The notes beneath the pieces were generated by a model. It was not told where the DNA came from. It ran no database searches and was given only the letters and a program-made list of their open reading frames with translations. Shown here piece after piece: positions 37,990-52,094 of a DNA stretch of 64,000 nucleotides. The stretch lies in assembly GCA_976551045.1 (NCBI GenBank), contig CDPCPM010000247.1, positions 2,542,001 through 2,606,000 of the forward strand. The letters are read 5' to 3'. The stretch is from Glaucostegus cemiculus (taxonomy: Eukaryota). A program made the position numbers and the translations under genes. Numbering within the stretch: position 1 is the first letter of the stretch; every line of letters begins with the position of its first letter.

Positions 37990-38299
37990 TATAGATAATG
38001 GAAGAAGCTTATTACTTTGCCAAAAAATAGCCTGAGGATTGGAGAAACTTTCAGAATTTAGCCAAGGAGGAACTTAAAAACAGAAGGTAAAGAGTTCTAT
38101 GGGTATTGGAAAGATAAAATACAGTTAACATGGGTCTTTTACAGATTGGGACAGGAAGAAGTTATATTGGGATAGAAGGAAAATGCAAAGAAATTAAACA
38201 TGTACTTAGAGTCTGACTTCATGGAAGATGACTTAGAAATCTTTATAGAACTAGTGAAGGGCCACAAGTCCAAAGTAAATGAGGAGCTTCAAAAAATTC

Positions 38300-38705
38300 C
38301 TTGAACAGAGGTCCAGTGAATTTCCTTCTACCAACACCCGGCTGAACTCGTTCTCACAACTTTTTCAACTCCACTCACTTTCTCCAGAACAGAAACGTAA
38401 GATGGGAACTCATATGGTACCAGGCAATACCTGGCTTTTTTGTGGGAAACAGGGTTTGAAACTGTGCTTCAAACTGGTTGGGGCCTTGTCCCTAAGCTCT
38501 TTTTCCAGTAGATCAATTACTGTATTGGTGCTGCTTCCTGCACTCATACAGAACTTGAGAATTTCATTATTTTTGTTGCTAATTTCCAACCAGCTCTCAC
38601 ATACACATAGCCTATCTGCGATTCTTCCCAGCCCTTTTGGAATTTCTCTGTTTCCATTTCAGGAAATAGGCCGCCAATAAACATCTGTTGCAAGCCCATT
38701 GTCTC
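38300..38705 (+). mobile_element. PLE reverse transcriptase fragment
   Basis: KMGTHMVPG (PLE AMGT.MGP motif) and degenerate downstream RT sequence similar to 60130-60400. Confidence 0.55.
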
Positions 38706-41700
38706 TTCTAAATTATGAAAGGCTTTCGCGATGTAAATAAAGAGAAAGTACCCACAATGGCAGTACAACAATGATAAAAGGATACAGATTTAAAATTGTT
38801 GGTAAAAGAACTACAACTGACAAAAGGAAACATTTCTTTTCACACTTTGAACTGTTGTGAGCTGGAATATACTGCCTTAAAGGAAGGTAGAATATTAACA
38901 TTCAAAAGAGAACTGGATAATTAGTGAAAGGATAAAAAAATCTAACAAGGCAAAATATCTTTGTATCATAGAGCTGGAACAGCGACATGAGCCAAAGGAC
39001 CTCCTGTGCTGTGTTATTCAATGATCCTGTGATTACAGTGTAATTTTCAAGGACCTCACAAATTTTGTCTTCAATACATTCCTCTGAATAGGAAACCTAT
39101 TGCAGTAGCCCTGTCAGTTAACTATTTTCGATCAACACCAGACTCAGTGTCTGATGTTACAAATCTTGACAAGTGGGGTAACATTGTGAGATTATTTGTC
39201 TGAAATATGTAAAACAAAATATATGTTGTTAGCATGGAGCTCTCTGGTCTTCAGATGCCTGCAGAATTAATTGAGAACACATATAAGGTAAGCATGGAGA
39301 TTCATTGTACAGAGTCCAATTAGTATTGACATAAGTATGTGTATCAAATATTAATTTAATTGGCAATAATGCCCACATAAGTGAATGACAAAAATAAGTT
39401 TAATTCCACATTCATGTGCTAATTGATCATCATTTGGGAATTATTTCTAACTATTTTGGCACTCATCCATGAATGATTAGCTTAAATTTATGTACTCTAC
39501 AAGCTGCTGAATTCAAGTACTGATGCAGAAGAGTTGACCTTTTCAAAATATCTGGTTTGTATATGCATCAGAAGTAACATTATCAATTCAGCTTTGCACT
39601 GTGTATATCTGTGTTTGTGGAAGGAACGAAGTAAGACACACTTCATAAATGATGTCAATTGGACCATTGTGAGGAATGCGAAGGAACACCTACTTCTAAA
39701 ACCAAATGACCAAAAGGCACAGAAGATAAAGGAGAGAATACCAGAAGGTTAATATCATACTCTCCACATAACAGTACATAAGGAAGATCCTCTCTGTTTG
39801 AATTTAAAACGTTGAGGAAAGATAAGGCCATGAATGTCAATAAATTTACTGTATATGCTATTTATGACTTTGTACTCATGTGCAGTTCTGGAATTTCTAT
39901 CCAAAGACCTCTCAGGATTCATTTACATTTGTCTAAGTGGATTAAATGAACAACTTTATTACAAAACTGTTTATCAGATATAAGATGTATATCTTATGTA
40001 TGTAATGAAAGAGAGCTGTATTCAACTGTAAAACATAAAAGTTGTGGGTGTTTAAAACAATTATCTGCAAAAACAGATTTAATAAAATCATGTCTCTTTT
40101 CCGGACTTCACTCAGCAAGGTACTTTGATCTACTATGCCTAAGAAAAAGTATGCATATTCTAACCATATAAATCTCAAATCATCCAGTTATATGAATTCA
40201 AGAATTAAAAACTAGTATTGCTAATGTAAAAACATTTCACTGATGTAAGTGCTCTTTATCTGGATTGGATGATATGTGACCCCAGACCCACTGCATGGGA
40301 TTTTATGCCCTTGCAATTTTAACCTCATGGTGCCTTTATTGAAAAGGAAGATCTTCATTAACTTACAATAGGCAATGTTAGCTCACTTAAATATTTTTAA
40401 TGTCTTACTACAACCACCAGCAGTTAACTTCTGTTCACAGCAAGATGTCTTAAGTCTGAAAGATCTTATGGGTCACTATGGAATGACACTCACATCTGCA
40501 ATGGATACCACAATTAGACAAACAAAATATGCTTTTGAAGATATTCTCAGGAACGTCAATGTGTCCAAAAATGAACGAAATGACCAATGCCAATTTTTTC
40601 ATCCTCGTTAGCTAGTTAAGGCTATTATGAGAGAGAATCAATAACATGCAGTGCATTAGCTTATGCTCATGGAAATTGGTGACCATCATCAAGACTCAGT
40701 TTCCAATAACGTATAACACAGTTATGCAAAGTGATACCCATTTCAAACTCTCTCTGACAGCTTAAATAGGAAAGGTAATGCCAAAGATGTAGGTCCTCAC
40801 AAGCAGAACAAAATGCAACATTCTTGGTAGGACCATCATAGACAAAACATAGTAATTAAAGTGATTTACAGAAAACATTTCTGGTAAAGCCTCTGTTTTG
40901 AAAGGCTATCACAAACACCTGCAAGTCTGGTTACAAGAACAGACAGTTATCTATAATTGGATCTTTGGAGACATAGGCCTAGAAATACTTTAATGTATGT
41001 AAAGATACTTCAAAGTGGCAGTGCAATGGGGATACAAGCAAGTTTAGACTGAGGTATCAGAGCTTTGCAAATGTTAGAACTGGAAATCTGGCACCTTACA
41101 TATGGTAGACTTAAAGTTATAGTTTCTGCAAATATGAGGATTAAGTTTTAGGTAAAATTCCCAAATACCTCATAAAAACTGCAGTGCTCAGTAGAATTTC
41201 CAGCCCACAGCCCATTTGTAAAGTCTCTTTAGCTGGCATAGTACCAGTATTCATGCATCATTGAATAGAAGCAAAAGTTGGTGGGCCACTTGTTATTCTG
41301 TCAAAATTCTAATGTTATACTTGCTCTAAAGAGACCACAAAATTCACAGAAACTAAGAATCCAATGATGTAGTATTTGGTCAAGTGTTGTTTACAAGTTC
41401 CTCCTTTGTTTTGACTTTTAACACTTTTGTCATTGTCCTTGCTTTTAACCATTCTTATCCTAGTTTTGAAGTTTACTCACTGTCTAAACCTTATTCTCTG
41501 GAAACACTTCTGCCATTAGACACCTCTGTCCTTCTGGCCATTACATGGCTCAGTACTAATTCTTCTGTTTATTAATGACCTATGATGTATTCTTGGACAT
41601 TTTTGCTATGTAAAAGGCACAACTTAAACACAAGCCCTTTGCCAATTTTGTGTTCACTTCAGAAGAGTTTGTCTTTAGGTAAGTTACACCTACTTACACT

Positions 41701-44059
41701 GCACATTATGAAACACACACAAAGCATGAATGCAAATTTATCTGCATAATCCTGTATGTGCTTTATCTAAAGTTCAGAAAAAAACCCACCTCAAATTGTT
41801 CATGTAAATAGGAAAAATGTTTAAACAATTTATATTATTTGTATGTAATCAGATACCTAACAGGCAAGTGAGATGAGTGTAGGTGGCCAAAATGTTCTGC
41901 ATGATAGTGGTGGGCTAAAGGGCCATTTCTGTGCTGTACAACTCTATGACTATAATGTTTAAAACTCGATCTAGAACCTTGCTTCAACTAAATAATTTAA
42001 TTCTTAATTGCATTAAGTCCCCTTTCCCTTCTTGTTTCTTCTGAAAATGCAGCAATGATAAGTCATAATATACTGACTTAAAGACAATCCCAACTGTAGA
42101 GAAATGAAGAAGAATGGAAACCACAATGTAGCCACCACAGTCAATAACACACAACAGTAAACACCATTTTATGTTCATGGCCTCTTTTAATGAGGCTTTT
42201 CAACCAAATCAACACTGAAAGACGATAAAAACATGAATGTAAAAATTGAAGGGGCAATCATCCTATGAGATAACCTGACACAAATGAATAAATTGACAAA
42301 TACAGAAGCAGATTGGCTGAAATGTACATATAAGCAATCAAACCACCTTTACATTTGTCATTCAGAGATAAGTTCTCCATATGATTTCTGAATTTAAAAT
42401 AAGTTACAAACATGTACAGAAAATAATAAAGGTTATTAAGACAAATCTCAAGCAGTGACGATTTTGAGGACCAATTACTGTAATTTACACAAGCAAGCTA
42501 TTAATTTGTGTCCATTTACTTGTCCTCTTCTGTGGCCATTTTACTTAAATCTGGGTGGGTCATGGGTAATCACAATTTATTCCAACTTAATCATTGGAAT
42601 TGGGTGACTAGAAACCAATTCAGAGTAACTGAGTACATTGTGTAAATTTCCTTTACACTTGGAAATGGACAATCTTGTGGTTTCACTTATTTGCCTTTTC
42701 CTCATTTAGGAGAGATGTCTCTTTAACTCATTACTCATAATTTACTCACTAAAATATAAGAGGCCATTGATCCCAACTCTTCACTGATGAGAATATTGAT
42801 CACAGATAGTGAAGCAGACTTCATTTATTGAGGCAGAATACCTCTGGGTCAGTTGAAAGGAGAATTCACAGAATCACTGTGTTTTCATTTAAAGATATTT
42901 ACAAGGTGCTTTAGTGCTACCTATAACATAAAATTGTATCAGAACTAGGATGGATAGAGAAAATAGTGGCACAAATGATGCCAAGTGAAGAATAATGGAC
43001 AAACAAGAATGATTAGAAAACCTATAAACCCAGGAGTATAGGAAGGGAGAACCTTATTAAAAGTGCATAAAATTGTAACTGGTAAAAAGTTAAATACATA
43101 TCATTATCCAAAGACACAAAAGAATTGGCTTGAGCATTATCTAAAGGGGGAAAAGATAGCAACAGTGTAAACTAAGATGAAATACATTAGTCAGTGTAAA
43201 AAAATAGCCTGGTTCTTGCAGCAATAAATGACATCAACACCGCTGGTGTTTGCCAGCAATACTCGATTTGATTGGTAGAGGCCTCACAGTTTGAATGTAT
43301 GCATATCCCTAATGTCTTATCAGTGAATAAAGTTTCCTCTGCAACTTGTGCTGTTTGCAGCCTTCTCCAATCATTTCAAAGGAAATTATGTCACTGCAAG
43401 AAATTTCTGCTATTTACAAACCAGTCTCACTGTTCAATCCCTTGAAAATGTTGCACTTTATTACAAGGTCTATATACATTTTTAATAGCATACTGAACTT
43501 TAATAATGTAGCAAGCTTTCCGGCCTCCCCAAAATGGCTCAAACAAGCTAGATGTACATATTTACATTGTAATTCCCTCACACATATATTTCAAAATATA
43601 AGGGACATTAAAATAGAAAAAAAGGAGTGCATTTATGATATTTCAAGCTTCTATCTAAATGACATGCCAAGGTTCTAATTTTTACATAACATTTAAAAAA
43701 TTGGTTAAAAATTGTGCTGTTTCTTTTCTGGTTTGTGTCAGTGAGAATTCTTTAATGTGATTTGAGTGATTCCAGAGTATCAAAGGTTGATAAAGATGAA
43801 GTCTCACCAGAGAGACTTTCTTCTCAGCCAGCAATGAGTTCTGTTATTTTGCCAAAGACTGGTTATTCTGCACCAATTGAAAGGTTATTGGGATATTGGC
43901 ATTTACATCTAGAGAGCCAGAATGAAGGAACTTTTGCTGCAGTTGTACAAAGTGACAATTTTACTGCTGATTGAGGTGTTTTGGACAAAGATACACTGAT
44001 GTCAGAGAAGTCCATTCAGGAGAGGATAGGACATCTCTTCACACAAAGAGCAAACAAAA

Positions 44060-44240
44060 AGCAACTGATGCTAGCTTAATTAATAGTTTTAAATATGAAA
44101 CCTATAGATTATTGATATCCAAGGATATTAAGGGATGTGGAAGCAAGATGTGTGGAAATGGTTAAAAAGGGTGATTAGCTTTGATCTCGCTAAATGGCAA
44201 AACAGGCTCAAGGAGCTGAATGCTCCTATACTTATGTCCC
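44060..44240 (+). mobile_element. CR1 3' end fragment
   Basis: SFKYETYRLLISKDIKGCG and a UTR like 27230-27370. Confidence 0.6.
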
Positions 44241-44875
44241 ATTTATACTGCCCTTGTGAATATCATAATTCAACAAAAGAAACTGTACGTTATGCTAAGG
44301 AATGTAATGATTATGATACAGCAAAACAAACAGTTGTGCTCACCCAAGTTGCTCTCTTCTGGTCATTAAAGTCATTCTTACATTGAATCTAGATCTTGGG
44401 TGTGCTGCTTGTCAGAATAAGCATTTTTGCTTCCTCCCTACAGTGGTAATGTATTGGGAACTTTCTTATTTGTGGGAAAGAGATTTACCTCTCCTTATCC
44501 ACAGTTTTTCCTTTCAAAACCTGGACTAACCTTGTGACCCATTTCTGAGTTTACAAATTATTCTGCCAGTTGTTTAAAGCAAACACATTTTAAATAGGTC
44601 TCTGAACTTTCACTGCACTACCAGCTGAAAAGTAGGTGGACTGATGCTTTTACTTAGCAGTTTGCCAAATCTGATGTAAGTGAAGCATTGGTTCTCAAAC
44701 CATTATTTAACAAGATTGGTGTGTATCCTGAAAATTACACCCAGTTAAATTCTCTGATTTTTGCTTTTACTTGAGGTCGTAGATTTACTCTACGAATATA
44801 TCAAAACACAATGAAATTCAAATTACACAGACTTGAAACCTATATTTTGTAACTCTACATTATTGAAATACTTAC

Positions 44876-45006
44876 TAGGAACCCCAGACACTAGACGTAA
44901 TGGTCGTAGGACTCTGAATGCTCTTAGAGCCTTGACATCAAATCCAGCAGCTTTACCTCCAATTGGGTTAAATCCCTCTGCTTGTTCTAAAATAGCACTA
45001 AAAAGC
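44876..45006 (-). CDS. CACNA1C: L-type Ca2+ channel alpha-1C coding exon (equivalent to human exon 5; domain I S3-S4 linker and S4)
   Basis: Encodes [43 protein letters not shown], with the S4 RxxRxxRxxR voltage-sensor pattern. Acceptor tttccttatag|G, donor CCTA|gtaagt; 131 nt, phase 2 to phase 1. [20 protein letters not shown] fits CaV1.2 better than CaV1.3 (LFSVILEQL) or CaV1.1. Confidence 0.95.
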
Positions 45007-46989
45007 CTATAAGGAAAAAGAAGGCATTCTTTATCAAGAACATAGTTACACAAGTGACCAATCCATTTTGCTTTTGCCCTGTGATTTGTTCATATAATTT
45101 AATCAATTGTGGTCAGAAGGAAAAATGTGCTTTTTTTTTTGAAGTGTCTATAGCACTTCACTGAAGTAACACAGGTCCATGACATCCAATTTGTGTTCAA
45201 CAAGCCCCCTTAAAGAACAATCAGATTATAACTGGAAAAAACATGTTAATTATGTTCATTGTGAGATAATGGTTAGCTGGAATATTCCAGAGAACACTCT
45301 TGCACTTCTTTGTATAGTGCTATGGGACTTCTTGCAGTCTCTTGACAACAAACAGGACATTAGTTAATGTTGCATCCAAAAGACAGTATTTCCAACTGTG
45401 CAGTATCCACACAGGACAAGAGAGTCAACTTGATTTTTTACTCAAGTTTCTGAAAAATGATTTGAAATCACAATCTTCTAGCTGAGAGATTGTAGTTGAG
45501 AAGTTGCTTCACTACATTTTAATGATGTTAAAACAGGTCTGTCACCAAAATACTTTTGAAAAGTACCATAAACAGTGCAGTTGGGTTTACCTGTGAGATG
45601 TTACAGCTGTGTCAATTTCAACTATTTCAACGTTTCACTATCTTGATCTATTGCAAGTTCTCAGATACGGCATTTAGCCAAGTAGTATGACCTTTGCAGT
45701 GATCCTTAACAGGAGATATAATAACACAAGCAGTTCTCTTCCAGCTATTGGAGAGAGATGCTGATTAATGAAATATAATGATGATGTCACTGGAAGAGTG
45801 TTCCTAAAAGGCAGAGGAACCCAGACAAGCTGGTGAAGAATTGTGGCCCCTAAGGGGTATGTTTTATTTGTTGGAGGGCTATGCAGACTGTCCAGTGCTA
45901 CTAATCAAGCATTTCTGACAAAAAATTTCCAGGGAAGTCTCTGTAAGGAATGAGTTGCATTGGTATGGTCCATGAGTGCCTAGTCTTTGGGAAAGCCTTC
46001 AAAAAAGGCATACCTCTGTAGACACTCTTCTTGCCTGTGAAGCAAAAGTCTACTTGACTATGGAACTTGGGTGACCTTACCAATACAACTATGAGCAACA
46101 AACTGTAAGATGTAGCAAAGATTAACAACTGAAGCCTGGAATGATCCTGAAGCTAAGAAGCTGAAAGTGATTGTGAACTTGACTTCCATAGGCAAAGCAG
46201 GATAAGCACACATCTGACACTGTATTTGAGTTCACAGGATACAGATCTCAGTGAGGATAAAGAATGGAGATTAAGAGAGCACTACTTCAGGGGAAATAGG
46301 TTAGTGAAGTTGGTCATTCTGGGAGTTAGAGTCTGTGTTCTCCAATTAACTTTTGTGTGAAATGCTGAACAAATTCACCAAGACTTGATCATGATTATTT
46401 AATCAAATGGTTCCTGCAGACAGTCTCTGAAAGCTTCTACAAACAATGCTGCAATCCAGTAAATCAGTAAATATCTGAAACTAGGTTAGCAGCCTTAAGC
46501 AATAATACACCTTTTCTAACAATACTACAACTACTACATTAGTTACTACTAACTTAAAAGAATACAACAAGTAGACATATTTCATATACTTATTAAGTTA
46601 CAATCTCAGCTGCACCACAGATATTTTCACTCTCTGGGGCCTTCTCAGTTCTAATACTGTTACTGAAGTATCTCTCATGTCTACTCTGAATGCTGATTAA
46701 CTAACTTTTTGTTTTACTATGGCATCACCTTCTAGCTCATTTTATGACCCACGACTATTGGTCTTCAATTCTTGCATCATGATAATCATATGCAAATAGC
46801 ATATGATTTACCTGAAATAACAATAAAAAATAAATGCAGGAAATATCCAGCTGGGATGTGATAGATTGGATACTGAGACAGAAGATGGAAATCTAAAATA
46901 AAGAAGAATGCTGGGAAAGCCCAGAAAGTCAGGAGCAACTGTGGTGAGAGAAAAATTGAGTTAAATCAGAACTGGTCAGAGATTGAAAT

Positions 46990-49900
46990 GCAAAAAGAAA
47001 CTGCAGAATTTGGAGATCATCCTGGATGCTGAAAGCATCATAGATAAGAGTTTCAGTGAGGTGGTCACACCTAGGGTGCAGGCTGCAGGTAGTTGGATGA
47101 CCACCAGGAAAGGCAGAGGAGGTAGAGAGATAGTTCAGGATTCTCCCGTGGCCATCCCCCTTGAAAACAAGGATCCTGTTTTGGATACTGTTTTTTGGGT
47201 GGGGGGGGGGCGCCGGGAAACGACCATTCAGAAGAAAGCAGCAGTAGCAGCCAGGTCTGTGGCTCTGAGGCTTAGCAGGAAAGGGTAAAGGCAGAAAGAA
47301 CTATATTGATAGGAGACTCGATAGTTAAGGAGGCAGACAGGAGATTTTGTATCTGCAAAGGGATGTCAGAATGGTGTGTTGCCTCCCTAGCACTAGGGTC
47401 AAGGATGTCTCTGAGTGGTTTCAGAACATTCTCAAAGGGAAGGGTGAGCAGCCAGAAGTCATTGTACACGTTGACACAAATGACATTAGTAGAAAAATGG
47501 ATGAGGTCTTGCAGAGTGAATACAGGGAGTTAGGAAAGAGGTTAAAAAGCAGAACCTTGAAAGTAGTAACCTCTAGATTACTCCCTGTACCATGAGCTAG
47601 TGAGGATAAGACTAGAAGGATATGGCAGATGAATGTGTGGCTGAAGAGTGGTGCAGGGGGTAGGGATTCAGAATTGTGGACCACTGGGATCTCTTCTGGG
47701 ACAGAGGTCACCTGTACAAAAGGGACAGGTTGCACCTGAACTATGGGCAGGGGAACCATTATTCTAGCAGGCAGATTTGCTAGTGCTACTAGGAATGGTT
47801 TACTAGATTGGTAGGGAGATAGGATCCAAAGCAGAAGTGAGGCAGATGGGAGGCTGGAAGTTGAGACAGAATTCAATGACAGTAAGGTCAATAGTCAAGA
47901 TAGGCAGCAGCATGGCAGAGAGCAAGAAAAGACTGATGGATTAAATTGTATTTATTTCAATGCAAGATGCCTGACAGGTAAGGTGGATGAACTTGGGGAT
48001 GGATAGCTACATTGGATTGGGATATTATAGCCATTACAGAAACATGGCTAAGGGAGGGACAGGACAGGACTGGCAGCTAAATGTTCCAGGGTACAGGTGC
48101 TATAGGTGGGATAGAGGTGGAGGCAAGAAAAGAGAGGGAGTTTCATTTCTGATTAAGGAGGACATCACAGCAGTAGTCTGAGATGAAATTACTGAGGGAT
48201 TGTCCAGTGAGGCTTTATGGTCGAAGCTGAGGAATGAGAAGGGGGTGATCCCCTTGTTGGGATTGAATTATAGGCCTAATAGTCAACAGGAATTAGAGGA
48301 ATAAATATGCAGGGAGATTGCAGAATATTGCAAAAATAATAGGGTTCTCATAGGACGGGATTTTAGCTTTCCTAATATGGACTGGGACTGCCATAGTGAA
48401 AGGATTTAGATGGGATGGAATTTGTTAAGTGTGGTTGGGAGAGTTTCCTCACGCTATATATTGAACACCCTACTAAGGAGAGGGCATAGTTTGACCTACT
48501 CTTGGGAAATGGGGCAGGACAAGTGACTGAGGTGTCAGTGGGGGAGCACTTTGGGACCAGTGACCATAGTTCTTTCAGTTTTAAATTAGTTATGGAAAGG
48601 GACAGATCTGGTCCAAAAGTCAAAGTCCTAAATTGGGGCAAGGAAAATTTTGATAGTACTAGACAGGAACTTGCAAAAAGTGATTGGAGTAGGTTGTTTG
48701 CAGGCAAAAGGATATCTAGCAAGTTGAATCTTTTAAAAATGAGATAGAGAGTTCTAGATCTGCATGTTCCCATTAGAGTGAGAGGCAAGGCTGGAAGGAG
48801 AAGGGAACCCTTGGTGTTGAGGGATATTGAGGCTCTGGTCAGGAAAAAGGAGGCATGGGTCAGGTACAGGCAGCTGGGATCAAGTGAATCCTAGGAGTAG
48901 TATAGAAATTCAGAAGGGCAAAATGGGGTATGAGAAAGCTTTGGCAGAGAAGATTAAGGAAAATACAAACAGATTTTATGTATATTGAGGGAAAAACTAG
49001 GGAGAGAATAGGGCCTCTTAAAGACCAAAGTGGACATCTTTATGTGCACCACAGGAGATGGGCAAGTCCACAATGAACATTTCTCTTTTTACCATGGAGA
49101 AAGACACGAAGACTTTGGATCTTGAGATAGTTAAAGGAGAAGGAGAAATCTTGGGGATAGTCTGCATTATAGCAGAGGAGATACTTAATGTCTTAAAGCA
49201 TATGAAGGTAGATAAATCTCCGGGGCCTGATAAGGTATATCCAAGAGCACTATGAGAAGCTGGAGAAGAAATTGGGGGAGCCCTGGCTTACATATATGCA
49301 TCATCATTAGTGATGGGTGAAGTGCTGGAAGATTGGAATGTGGCTAATGTTGTGCCTTTACTTAAGAAGGGCTGCAAAGTAAAATGAGGGAACTATAGAC
49401 TAGTAAGCCTAGCATCTGTAGTAGATACTGTAAGTTACTAGAGGAGATTCTGAGGGATATAAGCATTTGGAAAGACGGGTTGATTAGGGATAGTCAGCAT
49501 GGCTTTGTGCATGAGAAGTCATGCCTCAGGAATTTGATTGAGTTTTTTGAAGAAGTAACCAAGAAGGCCAATAAGGGCAGGGCAGTAGACGTGGTCTATA
49601 TGAACTTCAATAAGGCCTTTGATAAGGTTCCACAAGGTAGGCTGCTATGGAAAGTTACACTGTGTGGGATCCAGGGAGAGCTAGCTAATTGGATACAGAA
49701 TTGGCTTGATGCTAGGGTGATGGTGGAAGGTTTGTTTTCAGACTGGAGGCCCATGACAAGTAGTGTTCCCAAGGGCTTAGTGCTAAGCACATTGTTGTCA
49801 CCTACAGTATATCAATGACTTGGATGAGAATGTACAAGACATGGTTAGTAAGTTTGCAGATGACACTAAGATAGGCAGTGTCGTTGACAATAAAGATGGT

Positions 49901-50725
49901 TATCAGGATTTACAGAGAGATCTTGCTCAGCTAGCTAAGTGGACCGAGGAATAGCAAACGCAGTTTAATTCAGATAAGTGCGAGGTATTGCATTTTGGGA
50001 AGACAAATGAGAGTAGGACTTTCACAGTGAACAGTGGGCCCTTTAGAGTGTTGCAGAACAGAGGGACCTGGAAGTACAAGTGCATGGTTCTCTGAAAGTG
50101 GCATTGGGGGCAGATAGGGTGGTGAAGATGACTTTTGGCACACTGGCCTCCATCAGTAAGGGCATTGATTGTAGAAGTTGGGATGTTATGTTGCAGTTGT
50201 ACAAGGCATTGGTGAGGCCGCATTTGGTATACTGTGTTCAGTTTTGGTCACCCTGTTATAGGAAAGATGCCATTAAGCTGGAAAGAGTGCAGAGGAGATT
50301 TACAAGGATGTTGACGGGACTCGGAGAGAGATTGAGCAGGTTGAGACTTCTTTCACTGGAGGATGAGGGATGATCTTATAGTTATATAAAATTATGAGGA
50401 ACATAGATAGGGTGAATGCGGAGGACCTTTGTCCCTGGGTTAGGGAATCAAGAACGAGAGGGCATAGGTTTAAGATGAGAGGGAGAGATTTAATAAGAAC
50501 CTGAAGGGCAACTTTTCACCCAGAGAATGGTCAATATGTGGAATGAGCTGCCAGAGGAAGTAGTTGAGGCAAGTACATTAACAGCATTTAAAAGGTAGTT
50601 GGACAGGTACATGGATGGGAAAGGTTTAAAGGGGTATGGACCAAATGTGAGGAAATAGGACTATCTTAGATGGGAATCTTGGTTGGCATGATCCAAAGGG
50701 CCTGCTTGCATGCTGTATGATTCTG
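46990..50725 (+). mobile_element. Near full-length CR1 LINE with ORF1 (SGNH/GDSL esterase-like) and ORF2 (endonuclease plus RT), disabled
   Basis: ORF1 motifs IGDSIVK, CCLPSTRVKDV, VHVDTNDI and DRLHLN; ORF2 CIYFNAR, DIIAITETW, GTSDH, KSPGPDKVYP, FNKAFDKVP, KFADD and RPHLVYCVQFW; many stops and frameshifts. Confidence 0.9.
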
Positions 50726-50849
50726 CCTGATACAAAAACAGAAAATGATATAAACGTAGATTGGCTGCCATGAACAAACTTCAACATCTGCTGTCAACAG
50801 AAAAAAAATGAAAATAAAGAAAAAAATCTTACCTATTTTCTAAAATGTC

Positions 50850-50962
50850 CCATTTCTGAAGAGAGGCCAGTGACTTGAAACATTAATTCTGTCTTTAACT
50901 CCACAAATGCTGCTAGTTCTGCTGAGTAATTCCAGCATTTTTAGTTTTCTTCCAGATTTCAA
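50850..50962 (+). mobile_element. PLE terminus fragment with degenerate hammerhead motif
   Basis: ctgaagagaggccagtgacttgaaac..ctgctgagtaattccagcattttt. Confidence 0.6.
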
Positions 50963-51449
50963 GCAAGTGAGGTGTGGTGTTAATGGAGATGTGAGACTGT
51001 GTCTTATGTCATGACTGCACACAGATTTTTCAATATAGCTGGAATGCAATTGCAGTCCATTGTCTTATATTGTTTCTGACAACCCAAAGGTCCCAAAGAT
51101 GAACCACAGTTTGTCAACAGTCCTTTTGTGTTATGATGCAGGATCCTGATGAGCACACTTCCATCCACTAGACATAGTTATCTACAAATATCCTATTAAT
51201 ACCCCAACATGCTTTAAATTTACTTTTTCTTAAGATATTACAGAGTACAAAAATTTTCCAGTGAACCTAGTTAATTCAAAGAGAATGTGGAAAACAAAGT
51301 CCTAGTGAGTTTAAAGGGAAGGTGGGAGATGGAATCTGATGTGTTTGAATGGAACGCTGGAAACAGAGAAGCCAGTAAGTTTTAAAGAGAGTATGGGAAA
51401 TGGGAAATGGGATCTGGTGAATTTAAAAGGAGTGCCAGAAACAGAACAA

Positions 51450-52080
51450 GGTCACCCCTCATTCTTCTAAGCTCCAAGGAATAAAGGCCCTAATTATTTA
51501 GTCTCTCGTGGAAGGACAATGCTTTCATTCCAGGAGTTAGCCTGGTGAATCTCCTTTGTATTGACACCAATGTTACTACATCTTTTATCTTTAGGTAAGA
51601 GAACCAAAACTGTACGCAGTATTCCAGATGAGGCCTCACCAATAGCCATACAATTGCAACAAAACTACCTACTTTTAAACTCTAATCCCTTTGAATGAAG
51701 GTCAAAATGTCATTTACCTTCTTAACTACTAGTTGGACCTGCCTACAGCTTTTTGTGATTCATGCCCTCAATCCCTCTCTATGTCCAAGAACTGCTACCT
51801 GCAGTACTCCACGAGTTACCTTCTTCAAGTAAGAAAAGGACCCGTTTATTCCAACTCTATTTTCTACGATGCAGGCAGTTTTCAATCCAATCCAGCACAC
51901 TTCCTCCAAAACCACAGCTTTTAACTTATGCACTGGGCTCTTACGTGGCACCTTGTCAAATGGTGCTCTATCAATCCTCCCCACTACATTCTCAACAAAT
52001 TCAAGCATACTTGTCAAACATGATTTATCTTTCAAAAAACTATATTGGTTAGGTTTAATTACATTGTTTTCTTAAATGAT
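51450..52080 (-). mobile_element. Decayed CR1 RT fragment
   Basis: Minus ORF 51760-52035, KSCLTSMLEFVE..FDKVP. Confidence 0.7.
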
Positions 52081-52094
52081 TAGCTATTTCCTCC

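Larger units (their letters stand above)
37010..39030 (+). mobile_element. Old CR1 LINE in pieces, with MITE (37621-37989) and PLE (38300-38700) insertions
   Basis: Degenerate endonuclease (IMENFN, QYIEEPTREQ) and a CR1 3' end (gagccaaaggacctcctgtgctgtg). Confidence 0.55.

Noticed and set aside
4247-45006. Assignment to CACNA1D (the CaV1.3 electroreceptor channel), CACNA1S or CACNA1F
   Set aside because: [20 protein letters not shown] and GHGRxC match CaV1.2; CaV1.3 has LFSVILEQL, ELFIGK and GNGRQC, and CaV1.1 has THFDNFGFSMLTVYQ (all from recalled sequences). A phylogeny would confirm.
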